From the NCBI RefSeq assembly GCF_009914755.1, contig NC_060927.1: 64,000 nt of DNA, one strand, 5' to 3'. Within the stretch, counting starts at the first letter, position 1. The number at the start of each line of letters is the position of its first letter. The stretch is from the human T2T-CHM13v2.0 reference genome, Homo sapiens. Of the stretch, positions 17,133 to 33,307 are shown one piece after another. Made by a program: the position numbers and the translations under genes. The notes under the pieces were generated by a model that ran no database searches, was not told where the DNA came from, and saw only the letters and a list, made by a program, of their open reading frames with translations.

Positions 17133-19420
17133 GTAATACGTTGTGAAAATTCCTCTTACATTCTAGTTCCTTTGTTTCTTGTTTACTATGAGGGAGCACA
17201 ACTATCACCTGGGAGGGTAAGAGGGGAGCACAGGTTCTATGAAATGTTAACTCATATGTTGATACAGGGTAGATTTCAGAAATCTCAAGACAGGAGACAG
17301 CTGCTGTGCTATTTAAGTGCTTTTGGGCTATCCTGTTGAGAGTGTGAGCCTTTGACTCAAGGCGCAACACAAAAGTCATGGTAGAAGTTTGGTGATTCCT
17401 TCTCTTTAGGCTTATAACACCTTGTCTATATTGCTATTTTGGTACTAATTATGTTACTATAATTATTTTTTAAATTACTAACCTTTTTCCCAGATGGTGA
17501 ATCTCAAAAGGGCACTATCTGGAATATGGTAAGCTCCTCAATAAAGTACTTATTATGTGGCTGGCTGGATGAATAATTGAATCTAGTGTTGTATTTATCT
17601 CTGTTTCAAGGAAAGAGGAGAAGAGCAGAATGAAATATTATACTACCATATAAATGCAAAAAAAAATTTAAATAATATAAATGGTATAGGCAATCACAAA
17701 TTAAATGGTGTGGACAATATTGTGAAATCAGCACAAGATGGCCAGTCAGGACATGCTCTACCCTCAATCAGTTCTCAATCCCTATCAAGAAAGTATTCCA
17801 CCATGCCGAGGACATTTTAGTTTTAAACAACATGGCCCATAAACACACAACTATCTTATCTTGTACTTGCCAAATGTATCATAAACTATTATGTTGCTTG
17901 ATGAAAAATGGACAAATTGGGCATTCAAGAGAGATGGAATATTTGCTTCAAATTGCCATCTAAGATATGTTCAAGGATAACTAAGACAATATTCAATTTT
18001 TATCTTGTGTGAAGACTTTAGAACCCAGCCCTCTACTCTCCAAGTCTGGGAATATGAAATTCTGTTCCACGTCCCAGACTGATCACTTACAACCTCCCAT
18101 GTTGTCGCTTTATGACCTAGAGTGCCACAACCATCAGCCCATGTCACTAATATTATTGGCTGCTGCTAAATCACCTGTCAAATTTTCTGAGTTCTCAGTC
18201 AATTTACTCTGAATGTTAAGCTTGCTCTTTAGTGTCCATGTTTCTTTTGATGCTGTTTACATAAGAATTCTCCAAAGACTCAGGCTTGACCTCAGTTTCA
18301 TGCTTAGATGCTCTTCCAGTAACACCATCTTTTTTTTCTTCTCAGTGCCAGAAAAAATAAAATTCAAGTATTGTTTAGTGTCATATGCCCTGGCCTGCAT
18401 GAATGACTAACGTAAATTTGAAGAAGACTGCTTTTGGTTTTTGTGTCTGCTTAAAATTCAGATTCCCTAATCTAACTCTTTGTGTGTTTAACTATTTCAT
18501 AGACACCAGATCGTGTCAAAAATAATATAAAGACCCATAAAACAGTGGGTGGATAATGAATATTTGTCATTTAACTTTGATTATGCTAAACTATATTCAG
18601 TATGAACCTTTCACAACATGTATGCAAGCTGTGTACATCAATAGGAACAAAATAAATAAAGCAACCAATTTTAAAAAATTATTATATTGCATTCAGCTTG
18701 GAAATGAAATCTTTCTATATAATCTCATGATAAAGCTACAATGAATGGGTTCTCTAATGAACACTCAAGTGTTTGTGTATGGTCTTTTTGTTGTACATGT
18801 GTAAAAAATATTTTATATCATTTTCTATTCACTACAATTTTTTTTAAGGAAAGGAGATACAATGAAGTTACTTATTACAACATTCATAACCTCCAAAATT
18901 AATGGTTTTCTAATTTCATTTGGGGTCATAATGTAGAACTTTCTACAGAAAAATAGCAATTAATTAGGGCCACTGAAATTGTGAACTAGTCCCTGGAAGA
19001 CTCAAGTCTCAGCTTTCTCTCTGTCATGAGAAAAATATTAAGTTGTTTACCTTAATAATCTCTAGGATTTGTTTAGCACTGTACAGTGTGCTAAATGTTT
19101 TTCTACCCATTAATTTTTCACAAAATTCTTTACAATCAGAGCGGAATCTATTTTTGACTCTTTTTAAAATGTGGAAACAAAAATTGAGAGACTTGAATTA
19201 ATTCACATAAAGTCACATGCTCTGCATTGCAGTGCCAAGACCACAATATATATTTCCCATCACATATGATATTTTAGGGAATTGAGGTGAGAAAGGAATG
19301 CAAAATGAAAGAAAACTCTCTGCCTTTCATCTTCAAAATCATTTTGAAGTTTGATTTTTGTTCTTGTTAGTCTTCACATTTAGAATATTTGAATTTTTTA
19401 TATTTAAAACTCCTCTTTGA

Positions 19421-19746
<326 letters not shown>

Positions 19747-20850
19747 TTAATTTCAAAGCAGACTATTTAAGACAGCAATCCTAGTAAAGACGTTTTAAAT
19801 TCAAATTATTCATGTTGGGCCAAATGTTAAATAGTAACTTAATTGCCTTCAAATTTGCGCAGCAACTAATTAGGCCTCTAGCCATTTGAAATCATACACT
19901 ATCAACTTGTAGCTGTACATTTCAAATGCTCATGGAGAGGATATGGATGGTCTCTTGACAATTTGCTTATTGGATGGCTACAAATGTCCAGCAAAGCAGT
20001 TTGCTGCTGAAACTTGGACAAAGACATATCTGTGGCCTTATTAATATTATTTTTAACCTCTGAGCACTTAAGTATCTGACTTAGAGCCTTCCTGTGACTT
20101 TCTAGTTCTTAGAGTGATAGTTAAAAGTATATAGCTAATATATAATAGTTGCCTAATAAAAATTTTATATGTGACTTAATTCTTTTGGTCACTTATAATA
20201 TTTTCATCGCTGAAGTTTGACAGTTTGGCACATCATCATCATGTTCAGTAGCAAAACATACACAAATAATCCCTTAGACTAGAAACTCCACATGGCTTGC
20301 TGGTTAGAGATGTTGTATGCAAAACTAAACACTACCTTTTCTAATTTTAATCTCTTTTCTATTTTTTTTCCCTAGAGATATGTCATATAGAATTCCCTAG
20401 TGTTTAGAATTTCTCAGGCTATATTTTTGTGAGCCAGAATTTTGTCTCCAGAATTTAGGAACTTAATAAGTATGCAGTGAGTAAGCAGACATTCATCATA
20501 GAACCAACTGAAAGAGAGAAAGGGATTCACTTCAGAGCAGATCCTGGCATAAATGATGTTACTTGCAATTAAGTAAGCCAAGAGAAGAAATATAACTTAG
20601 AAATAGCTAAATAGGTAGGCAGGTAGGTAAATACCTTGATACCATTTTAAGGGTAAAAGTTGACATTAAAATATGTTGAGAATAATGGTAGAAGTAATAG
20701 CAACTTTAAGGAGGCTACAGATAAAAACATAAAGCAGGTTAAAAGACAAATTAAATCAAAATAAAATTTAAAAGCTACAGAGTTCAAGTTATACAAGGCA
20801 ACAGTAAAATACATTACACAAGTAAGCAAAAAAGCTGAAGAGGCAACATT

Positions 20851-21167
<317 letters not shown>

Positions 21168-24129
21168 CTAAAGAGGCAATACCAAAAAAAATAAAAACTT
21201 TAAAATACTGTTTCACAAAAGAAATACAGACTTAAAATATTTTTTAAAGTAGGTTAAGGTAAAATGATATTAAGAGTATTACAAATCATTTTATTAGATG
21301 TAGTAATTTAAAAATTGTAAACATACAAAATTCCCAAAATAGACTAAGAGTAAAAATAAAAGTAGAGCAAAAAAATATTCAATAGCATGAAACAGATACT
21401 ACATTCAATATGATGTGGCTTTTATAAAAAAAAATACGTTGAATATATTTTTACAGGGACACTAGAAGGAAGTCTATGGGATTGACACTGTGATTTGTTT
21501 CTGCATTAAAATACTTTTACAATATATTGCTTTCACAATTAGAAAAACTACTAATTACTTAAACTAATGAAGAGATAGAGAGCATGCACAGTGGCACAGC
21601 GAAGCAGTCACAGAGCTCAGCGGTTGAGCCCCAGGTGGAGGCACACACCTGGGACCCTGAGCAGCCTGAGGGCTTCCTCAGAGCCAAGTGTCAGGGTGGA
21701 GTGAGGAGCTGTGAAGCCCCTTCACATCTGGCCTTGAAGACAGGGCCCTCTAGAATGGCTGGCTCGCTTTCTCTCACCCAAGGCTCCAAGGGGCTAGTCT
21801 TGTCCGCTGATGCCTACAGATATGAAAAGATACACTCTTTCCAGGTGATTACATTCCAGCCCAAATATCTGGAAATCAGGAGAAACCTCTTCTGATCTGC
21901 AGCCCCTCAGTTTTCAATGACAGAGTTTACTAACCAAAATCCAAAATTATGGATAGAGCTGAATGTTTACAGTTCTAGAGTTACATTTTTCTTCCCAGAT
22001 GGTTAGTACAATATAGTGTACTCTTAGGAGAGCTGCTTAGCCTCAGTTTTTTTTTTTCATATGCAACAGGAATAAGAATCTCTGTCCCATATTTTCTTAT
22101 TTATAGGAGGCTGTATCACACATATACATGAAACACATGAAACAAAGCAATTAATGAAGTTCACTCAGCTGAGGTAAATGCTGCATACAATTCTTGGCTT
22201 AACCAAAGGAAGCAAAGATTACAATAAGCCTTAAACTCATTTAAATCTCTCCCCAGAACAAATATTTTACTGATTACAATATTCTCAAGGTTTTTGATAA
22301 AGCAGTTTTTCAATAATGTAAAGTAGGCTTTTGAGAAAGTAATTGCAGATTTCATCATAATTTTATAATCGCTGACTGGAGGTTTAATGTAAAGTAATAC
22401 ATAATACACATAGAATTTTGTTAAATATGTAATGTTATATTCTCAAATGGAAAACAAAAGCCTTCTATTAAGTGGTCATCTCAGAATGGTTCTAAATTGA
22501 AATAAATAAATCTTACTGCTAATATATGCATTTTTATATTAAAAAACAAAAATTAAAAATATATTTCTCTGCTTTCTCAATCTTTTGTCTGTCTTCCTTT
22601 TTTTCCTCTCATAAGTGCATTCATACACATACATATACACACAGAGAACCTCAGACACTCAAGTATCTTTGCTTTCTTCTCTCTGGAACATTATATTAGC
22701 TTCAGATACAACAGTCAACTCTTCCTTAAATAGATTACGCTCTAGAATTGCAGTTTTTAAACCACAGCTGTTAGAAGCTGCAGTTCAACATTAATATGTT
22801 TATGCCATATTTTCAAGACACAGTCTCCAAAATCGCTTCATATGAAAAAACATATACATACTCAATTATTTACAGCTGCCAAAAAATAAATTAAAACACA
22901 CACACACACACTTATGCAACTCATGAACACCATCCCTGCAATAATTTCTGGATAAGAGAAAAACAATCCCAGAAGATGCGTAGCCTATTAAATATTTGTA
23001 GAAATATAACTCATTTGAAAATGAGATATTACCCTTGCTTACCACACATTACACGGCCTACTCTCTGCCTTCTCAGTGGGGGTGCAGACAGAGGAATCCA
23101 AGCAAGTTTATGAGACCATCATGTGACCCCACTGCCGGCCAAGGACTCTGCTACAAAATAAGAAGCTATAAATTTCTTTCTCATTAAATACTTTGTCATT
23201 TTTACAGAAAGATTTCATATCCAGGTACTTTACATCTTGTTTTCAACAGATTTCCAAAGCTGTCTCTGTCTATATGGAGCATTTTTGTTAAATATTTCTT
23301 TGCACGTAAGTTTTCACTGTGCCCTTGAACACAGTGAAAATTTACATATTTTCACTTTTATTTTCACATAGGGAACTACACTTATCTCCAGAGTCTTCCC
23401 AATTTCTTTTGCTAAAAGACTATTTGTATTTATCCAGTTAGGTGTCTAATGCAAAACACACTAATTTTTAAAGGTTGTTCTCATCACTGAATATTTTGGT
23501 CTAACAAAGCCATATATAATCCCAATTAATTTGAAATACTTTCTCTTTTCAAGATCAGTTGGAAGAGAAAGTTTCTTCTGCTCTTCCCAAGAGGGCCACA
23601 GCCTCTCATCACCTGGCCAGAGTAGGTAACATGAGACAAACCATTTTAAAGTCTAGGAAAATCCCTAAAAGAATGAATCAGTCAGGAGCGATACATGTTG
23701 ATTATCACAGGGCATAAGCCTGAATTTTCAAATACATCCTTCCAGAATGTATTCGAGTTATGCATATTTCCTGGCACTCTTGTCTCACATCTGTGTAAGT
23801 CTCCGTGTATCTTATTTTCTTTCCTGGCTCTGCTTCTTCCTTTCCTGTGAAAATTCACCTGTGTGAATTTACAACATTTCTATAATTTGTTTCTTTATCA
23901 CCCATTTTATGTTTGTAATTAATCATGCAGTAGACGTAAGCCAGGTGCTAGGTGTTAGGATTTGGCAAATAGTCAGATGCCCTTCCTGCAGGCTGACCCA
24001 CTCTCAGGCTACACAACACTCATTCTCCATCACACCTCAGGATACAGGAGCTGCCGTGAGCACAAATAGAGATGCTCTTCTGCTGCATAAATGTGCTAGG
24101 CATCTCCACTAGGGTTTGCAAAAATCTTA

Positions 24130-24870
24130 GAAAAGTGGGTCTCCATCTTCATTTCTAATAGCAGAGTGGTCTACGACCCTACCACCTGGAATGCACCCGA
24201 TTTTGTCTAATACTGAATTGTACTAGTATTTCTCACCTGGATAACTGCAATAGCCCTGCAAATAATGTCTTCACATCTTCCATTATACCACCCCATGCAT
24301 CCTAATAGGCAAATGCATGATCAATCTTTACCTTATAATATGTTCATTTTCTCAACATTTTGTAGAACAAAATCTGATGACCTTAATATGGTTTATAAGG
24401 TCCTTAAGGGTTTGGTTCCTGCTTAATGTTCTAGACTCATCTTTCACTTTGCCTACTCCTTCATACATCCACTTTGCTCTAGTCATATTGAAGTTTATTC
24501 TTTTCCTTGAAAAGAATAACAAACTTCAAATGTTATGTTACTTTGCCTTTAGCATGGTTCATTCTTCCTCCTCATTTGGCTAATGTGTACTTACCTCTTA
24601 CCTAAGAAAGTTCTTTTTCTATGAAGCCTTCAAGGATACCCTACAATGGGCTAGAAACCCCTCCTGCATACTATTACTAAAGCATATATCCCTCTGACCA
24701 CACAACATCATGACATTCAACACCTGTATCTCAATTTCCTGCCTACTGGTTGCATTCCTCACTAGCCTGAAAGAAATGGTAATGTAGTCATCTTGTTCTT
24801 ATTTATGTCTAGTGAGTCCTGCTCATGGCATTCATAAGTCACACAAAAAATTTGTTAAAAAAAATGAAAA
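24130..24870 (+). mobile_element. L2 fragment (interrupted by a 5S fragment)
   Basis: tttctcacctggataactgcaatagccc ... L2-like body through to an A-rich end. Confidence 0.65.
24169..24208 (+). pseudogene. 5S rRNA 5' fragment (tailless retropseudogene)
   Basis: gtctacgaccctaccacctggaatgcacccgattttgtct aligns ungapped, 32/40, to 5S nt 1-40 (GTCTACGGCCATACCACCCTGAACGCGCCCGATCTCGTCT) starting exactly at nt 1. Confidence 0.8.
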
Positions 24871-26274
24871 GCTAGTTTTATTTCCTCTGATGCCATGATC
24901 TCACCCCACTACACGCTCTTCTCCTCCCTGCCTGAGGTATCCATGAGCTATTGGCTTTGATAGGTAACTAAAGAAAAATTCAGAGGACTGTGAACTTAGG
25001 AGAGTATCTATTACTGCCCCACCATTTGATAAATGAGAATATACTGGCCCAAAACAATGAGATAACCAGCCCAAGGACTTTGAGCTGGAGAGAAGAAAGT
25101 TCTGGACCTGAACCCAAATTTTCTAAATCCTTAGTCTATGCTCCTGCCACTATACCAAGCTTCTTACCAATGATCAGGATTTCTCAACTCCCTGAACTCG
25201 GTTCTTGTGCTGAATACTGATGGAGTAGGTAGTTTATTTCATTAATGCCCCCCATCAATGTGCTTATGGAATAACATGTCAAAGTAAAATTAAGAAGGAA
25301 ACTTAAGTCAGTAATATCTTCTGTCAAAACCTGAACACATTAATTACATTTACTTTCCTATTGCTTGAACCTGACTTACTTTCCTATTCCATAAACTTTT
25401 TCAAAATGTAAAAACCAAGACCATTTTGTTTTTGTTGTTGCTGACATTGTAGTTATTAGGAGTTTAGAAAATATTTTAGATACGGGGCTTCTTTGCCAAA
25501 ACATTATTCTGATTCTAAGTGCCCGTAAGTTGGAAGACAAAGTAAGACTGTTTCTCTAAGACATTATTACTGATGCATGCAGATTTTATAGTTTTTGGGG
25601 GGAACAAAATTATTTACAAAAAATAGTTTAAGGCATTTTTGTAAATCTTAAACATCTCTAATTTAGTCTAACCTGCGAATAGCAGAAAGGGGGCAAGCTG
25701 GCAAACATGCTGACTTGAATTCACTTCCACTACTAGAGCTTTGTCCTGGCCTTAGATGCCTGGTGTCAATGGCATCTTTTTGTGGTATTTCCCTGGTAAC
25801 TCAATATCCTGATTCTGTCCCATCAAACCCATGCTTCCCCTCAGTGACCATGTGCGGTTCATTTGGGTGCCATATCTTTCAGGACCCAGAAATTCTATTC
25901 CTAACACCATGCGTTCTAGTTAAAAGCACCTTCAAAATGCTGGTTCTGGTATTTGCATGTGGTATGAATGTGAACAAGGTAATACTTCTAAATTACAGTT
26001 TCTGCATTATATGGAATGAGGGTATTGACCACAATAAGAAACCATGTAACACACACTAGGGAGGCTAAAATATAAAAGAATGATAGTTCCATTTGTTGGC
26101 AAAAATAGGTACAAATAAGACTTGTCTACGGGAATGCAAAATGGTAAAATATCTTTGAAAAAAAGATTGGCAGTGTTTTATGAAGTGAAATATACTCCTA
26201 AACTAGAACATAGTAATTCCATTTCTAGGTATTTACCAAAAAATAAAAAATGTGTCCATAAAAGTAGTATATGG

Positions 26275-26603
<329 letters not shown>

Positions 26604-26797
26604 TTATACATAAAAGCACCTCTGGAAAGCAACCCAAATATGCATCACCATGTAAATGGGTAAATTGTGGTATATTCATAAAAGGGAATACTACTCAGCA
26701 ATAAAAAGAAAAATGAACAGACACATAAACAACATGTATGAACCTCAAAACCCTATGTTGAGCAAGAGATACTGGTCACAAAAGAATACGTAGTATG

Positions 26798-27090
<293 letters not shown>

Positions 27091-29409
27091 GAATACATAG
27101 TATGATTCCATTTATATTACATTCTAGAAAAGGAAAAACAAAGGTACTGTGACAAAGCAGATTAGTGATTGCCTCTGTGTGGGGATGGATTGACTGGACT
27201 GTGCATGAGTAAAATTTCTAGGGTGATGGAAAGTTTCTATATCTTGACTAAGGTGATGGTTACACTGGTGAGCAGATTTGTCTACTCATTGAACTATTCA
27301 TTTGAAATCTGCATTTTATGTATGTAAATTATGCCTCAACAAAACAGTAAAGCAATTAAAACTTCCTCACTCATAATGATTCGCATGCTGTAAATGGAAC
27401 ATGAGAGGAGGCCACAGACTTTTGTGCCAGGAAGTTGAAAAATAATCATGGTCACATTGTGATTTCACCAAGGTAAATGTCACTCTGAGTCCTCTCACAA
27501 CCTGCAGTAAGTGTGAGTTTGCCTCCAGCTGACCTCATACGTCACGAAACATGTTTTTAGTACATGCTGCTTTTTCTTTGGGAGCAAAATATAAGCACAT
27601 GGTACTAGCCCTTCCTTTTAAAAATCTTATTCAAATGGAATATGAGAAGTTTAGGGAGTGCGAAAACAAGTGTATTTTTTTCAACTATATTAATAAATAT
27701 ACATTGAACATATATCAGACAAAAGAATACATTTAGGTTTATACTCTGGGAAAAGTTTTTAGTTTGTTTTTATTATAAGTTGTTCCACTGATACTCAAGT
27801 TCTTTTTTTAATAACTATCTCAACTGATGGAAACTCAATTACTTAAAAAATGTTTCAGGTTTTATTTTCCTTATTGTAGTGAAACAAATAATTGGGCATG
27901 GGAATGACCACTTACAGTTAAAGAAATAATTATTAAAATGGAACTAACAGTATTTAAACAGCTAAACAAAAAAGGCTTAAAGGAAAAAAAAGCCAATAAT
28001 TGTTTTGTGGTCTAGACATTTAACAGTGGAGATCCAAAGCAATCCTTCATTTCTTGCAAAGTATTCCACAAAGCAGGTGCTTTAAGAAAAAAAAAAATTA
28101 ATGGGTAAAAGGACTAAGGATATATCTACTAATGGAACGTGTTGATTTGAAAGCCAGATAAAATGGAAGTCGTAGCAACTAAGTATAGCTACTTTTCTCT
28201 AAGCACTTTGCTTACTGTGTATCATATTAGGCACTTACAGTACTTTTTCCCCGTGGAAAAGTACAACTTCATTGAATAATTATGGTAAGAGAACCCATTA
28301 TGTACCTTTTTATATTTTGTCACTTTGCCTAGTGCAGTGCCTCACAGACCAATTCTTCAATAAATATGTACTGAAAGAGTTAAAGAATTGAGAGCACATT
28401 ATGAACAACCTTTTCGTTTAAAATGGAGTGGATCCTAAGCAGTTTTCTAGGTAGCTTCAGGAAAGCAGGTAGCTGTCCTGCTTTAGAATTCTCAGCCCAA
28501 ATTCACTAGCATTGTTCTAAAATGTGATGGGGTGGGTGTATTCTGCCTACATTGTCCCCAGATTTCTATAAAACTGTCAGAGTAAAAAATGAGAAAACAT
28601 TATATAAACTTACAAATAAACCTTTCTAAAACTTTAAAGTATAGTTTCATAGAAGTACTATCAAAAGACATTACTCAAAATAAACTGATGACATGAAAAT
28701 ATATAAAGAAAAGGCCAAATCAAGTGAGATGTGTGCTTAAAATGGTTTCAAACTTTAATTTTTCTGGGAAAGCAAAAACAAATGGTTTTCCCAGCGTTTA
28801 GTCAGGGTATACTCTTTATTCTCTTATCACAGATCCTAATTGAGCCAGATCCACAGGAAAACTTCCTTCAGGCAGACGTGTCCTCTAGGTTTGACTACGG
28901 AGGCAAAATATACATATATTTTGAGTTTTGACAAAGTCAAAAATCCTGTCTTTTTGTAGTGTAATTGGTTTTGAATGATCATTCCCAGCTTTCAGCCACA
29001 ATGGGCCCAGTATACCTTTATAAACCTGGAACACACTTTGGGAAGGTTTGCTACTGCATTTCAACAAAATGGTGCCATTAGAGTCTGATAGTAGACTAAA
29101 GTAGTGGGGCTCCAAATTCATATTCTATTTTCAATACTTAAAGGGAATATAGACTAATATTGATCCCTTATTGTCCATTGATAAAATCATTGAATTTTAG
29201 AGTTAGATGATGGGTCTCATGTTCTAAGTCTCTCAATTTACATATGAAAAGAAAGCACAAATGGTTTGCCCAAGATCAGACACATATGTCATAGCCGGCG
29301 TTATGCCCAAATTATCTTGAGTTCTGAGTTAGGGTTCCTTTCACTGAACCATATTCCCTTCCTTCCAGGATTCATTTCACTGAACCATATTTCCCTCCCT
29401 CCCTCCCTT

Positions 29410-29463
<54 letters not shown>
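29410..29463 (+). repeat. Compound (TC)n(AC)n microsatellite
   Basis: Read directly. Confidence 0.95.
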
Positions 29464-29465
<2 letters not shown>

Positions 29466-30673
29466 TGGTGATGGCTGTTTTTTACTACTACTTGGTAGGA
29501 TCTATCCATACAAGGACATTATTTTCATGGACAAAGTTCAAAGCCATAGTCTGCCAATATTGCAGAGGTTCCATTAATACATAATCCCTAAAGCACCTCT
29601 GATATTCTCACTAAAGAGCCCAAAACAAATAAGCAACTCATTTCTCTTCAACAAAATGTCAGCCTACATTATTTATGGTGGAAACAGTTCTGTTAATTAA
29701 TCCATTATACAAAATCTTTAGTGATCAAAAATTCCCAGAGGATGGAACACAGAGAAACACTTCTCACCCCTCGAGTTAAACATCAAAATATTTTTTGTTA
29801 CAGTCAGTTTTGTCTTATTTGAAATAGCTTGAAGTATGATGGGAAACATTTCCCTTAAGACTTTTTAGTTTTGATACATTTGGGAAAAATTATTTCTTTT
29901 TGAGTAGATTTACAGGGTCTTTCTGAATATCTTTGAGCATTAAAATCTCAGAGAGACAAAGAAAATCAATTATTATTTGCTGGTTATGTTTATCTTCATT
30001 GGAAGAAAACATAATAATTACTTCTTCCCATTTTATTACATACATAAGTTCAGAAAACAAAATGCTATGTTTGCTAGATTACTTTGCCTAATTTAGGGAG
30101 AAAATTTGTGTTTATGTGAGGATTAATTAGAACTATTGTTGTCTTGAAATACATTCAACACAGTGTGACCTGAATATTTAAATTTTATTTTATGTTACGC
30201 TCGTCAATAAATTCTCAAACTCAACTTTTTCCAAAAGCTTTTAAAATGATCATTTCTTACATTTATCATGAAATCATCTTGCCAAAAGTCAGAAGATGAC
30301 AAAGGAAGAAACATTTAGTTACATTTTAACATCTGTTGACTTAAGGAACCACGCTAGGCCCTTTAGAGTTATACAAAATAAATTTAGAAGCATAACAAGA
30401 AATCTCTACTCTTGAAGAGGTTGAAACTAAGAGAAAAAGCCAGACAAGAAGTGCGCCTAATGGCCATGCTAAAGGACATAGAGGAGGACTATAAAATAAG
30501 AGCAAAAAAAGTTAGTAGGGTATCCCTAAATAAAGGTGGTCAACTCCAATTTAGGAAATCTGATCATCAGCCGTAAATGGCTACACTATGCAGCCAATCA
30601 CTTATCCCTGAGCCCATTGTCCATGTGTTACCTCTTACCTCCAATCCATCAAAAAGTCCTCTTGTTTCTATAT

Positions 30674-31088
30674 TGTTAAATTAAAATAAATTTGACCTAA
30701 AGCTGCTTCCACCTGCAGCAAACTGCAATCTAACTTAATATGCGAACAAACTGCATCTTAAATTATGGGTATAGCCTTGTAACAAAGAGCTGAGTCTCAG
30801 CCAATTACAGCAGCTAAGCTTCAGCCAATCACAGGCTGCCAACTGATCAGACAATGTTCATATAAGGAGATGCCTCATCATAGCCTGTCTAAATAAGGCA
30901 AATGACAAGCTGTAACCAATCGAGTTGTTTCTGTATGCAACTTCTTTGTTTTATTTGCATCGCCTGCCCACATTGCTGGGTAGAGTTATCTGAGCCTCTC
31001 ATGGTTCTGAGTGCTACCTGATTTGTAAATGTTCTTTGCTCAGATAAATTTTGCTAAACTTAATTTGTCTAGAGTTTTTTTTCAGAAT
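30674..31088 (+). mobile_element. ERV1 solo LTR, MER57-like, inserted in an L2
   Basis: tgttaaattaaaataaatttgacctaaagctgcttcc...cagccaatcacaggctgccaactgatcagac...gtaaccaatc...gctaaacttaatttgtct; several CCAAT boxes; L2 sequence on both sides. Confidence 0.75.
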
Positions 31089-31375
31089 ACCAAAAATCTA
31101 TTTTAAATCTACTCACCACTTCTATTCCCACACTGTTCCAAGTCACCATCACCTCTTGCCTAAACTGACGTAATCACCTTCAATCACCTTGATTTCACTC
31201 CTAACTTCTAATCTACTCCCTACATTAAAACCATACTAAACATTTGAAAAAGCTAACTCCTACTTAATCCCCTCTGATGGCTTCCTATTGTTTTAAAAGT
31301 GCAACTGCTTGTCACAGTTTGCAAAACTCTAGTATGATTTGGCTCCTGTCTGCTTGAAGGTCATGGTCTCCTTTT

Positions 31376-31795
31376 CTGTGGAGGATGTGGTGGTCTGGCT
31401 CAGCACCCATGCCAAAGGTTGGAGAGCTAAAAACTCTATTTCCCAGATTAACTCCCACATAGGTCACATAGGTCCTGGCTGTGTTTATTTTCTTCCAATT
31501 AGATTACGTGAGATTGAAGGAACAAATTTCTGCCTCTTTTATTTATCTCCTTTTCTGGCAAATAGTATCAAGGAAGGATCCGGTTTGTCTGGGGAAATGT
31601 TTTATGTGTGGTTGTTTTCTAGTTGTAGGGTGTCTCCCTGATACTGCAAGTGGCCCCTTGTTGAACCAATGCTATAGCTTGCTTCTCAAGGTTGTTTCCT
31701 CCTTGAGTTTTTCTACTGAACCTGTAATCAGTTTTAACCTGTCTACTAAAACAAAGATGGATTCTAAACCCTGTTGTTCAAACCTGAGTGACATA
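31376..31795. mobile_element. ERVL LTR (LTR41/LTR33-like)
   Basis: tgtggaggatgtggtggtctggctcagcacccat...ggagagctaaaaactctatttcccagatt. Confidence 0.55.
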
Positions 31796-32816
31796 TTTAT
31801 CTTCAGTTTCTCTAATATGCTAATTTTTTCTTGTCTCAAGCTCTTTGCATATACTTTCTCCCTTGAATGGGCTGAACGGCTTTGGAATCCTTCTTATATC
31901 TCTGTTCTTGACATAAATGTTAGCTGACCAGAGATTCAGAGACACTTTTCCTGGTTAATCAATCTAATTTAGACGCTCACCCATTTTCTTCTATTAAACC
32001 ATCTGCCTTTTAATAGTAGTTAACATAAACTATAATTTATAAGCCTAATGATATATCATAAGATAGCAGATATTTTATATCATATATGCCTTGTTATATA
32101 TATATAAATATGTGTAAGCTAGATATGTGTATATATGTGTGTGTGTATATATATGTATCTTATATATTATAAGTTCATCCATTAAGTTGTGAGGCACTTA
32201 CTGAGCACTGTATACCTAGTACCTTCGAGAACACGTGGAACAAATATTTTTTTTAATGGATTGATGTTGCTTTGAGGCATTGTCTAACTTTTCAACCAGC
32301 CCATTTTTCTTCTTTATTGCTTTCCATTGGCCATGGCTTACGTAGGGAAACCTAAAGGAATGTCTCTATCCACAGTGGCAGGAGAAGTTTCCCCAGACTA
32401 CAGGATTGAGGTAAACTATACAACTATACACCTTGTGAGGACTGTGAGGATAGCAAACCATGAAGACTATGTGTCTATACTGTTGCATTTCTCTAGCACC
32501 TAACAAGATCTCTGGACAATGAGTAGGTGCCCCAGAAACAAATGTGTGCTAAATAATCTGATCTCATTCTATCCTTTCAGGTAACATGAGAGTAACACGA
32601 GGTTCTGGGAGGCCAAATCACTCTCCAAGGTCAAACACATTGTTTGGAGGTGACTGTAGGTCCAAGATCATCAGATACACACAAATGAGCCTTTATCCTA
32701 CACCATCTGCTTATAGTACAAACTGCCATATCTCTGAAATTTCTCCCATTTTACTTTGGAGGTTAGAAATATTTTTAATGTGTTGTAAATCCTGATAAAG
32801 AAAACTGAATAATAAT

Positions 32817-32862
32817 TTTGGATACTTAAATATGTATCAAATATTTTCTAGTCAAAATCCTC
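32817..32862 (+). repeat. 46-bp donor sequence, copied exactly at 36719-36764
   Basis: tttggatacttaaatatgtatcaaatattttctagtcaaaatcctc is identical at both sites. Confidence 0.95.
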
Positions 32863-33307
32863 TCACAAGTCTTGCTGTCCTCAAAACCCAAAATCATTTT
32901 GTACTGTTTGAAACTCAGCTTGGCTTTGCTAATCAAATTATACATAAGTGATAAATTCCTCATATTAATGATTACATTCCTCATGACATGTTTTTTTGAA
33001 TAGCTTTATATTTTAATTAGGACTAAGACATATCTGGTGTAATTGATAAGAAATCCTTTCTCTAGCTGTTTGTACAGAAAATACAAAATTAAGAATATAA
33101 TTTTTTTTGTTTTAATTTGCAGTTAAACCCCTGACATGTTATATATTTTTTCATATAGTTTATAGAGTGAAAAAATGCTACTGAGATGGTTAGGAATCTA
33201 AAGGAAAATTTCACAAGAAATTTAGGTTAGGGAAATAATTGTTTTGTTTTATCCCATCTACCATTACTAGTTTTTGAATTTTTGAATTATTTATGTTATA
33301 CAGTGTA

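Noticed and set aside
22328-22365. MADE/mariner-like TIR fragment (aaagtaattgcagatttc)
   Set aside because: Too short and no matching second arm.
23311-23340. 11-bp stem hairpin (and similar 8-10-bp stems near 23850, 28240 and 28460)
   Set aside because: Within chance expectation for AT-rich 64 kb; no RNA-gene features.
32560-32590. Splice-acceptor-like sites (also ~3570 and ~61830)
   Set aside because: Isolated motifs without a paired donor or coding frame; lncRNA exons cannot be supported from sequence alone.
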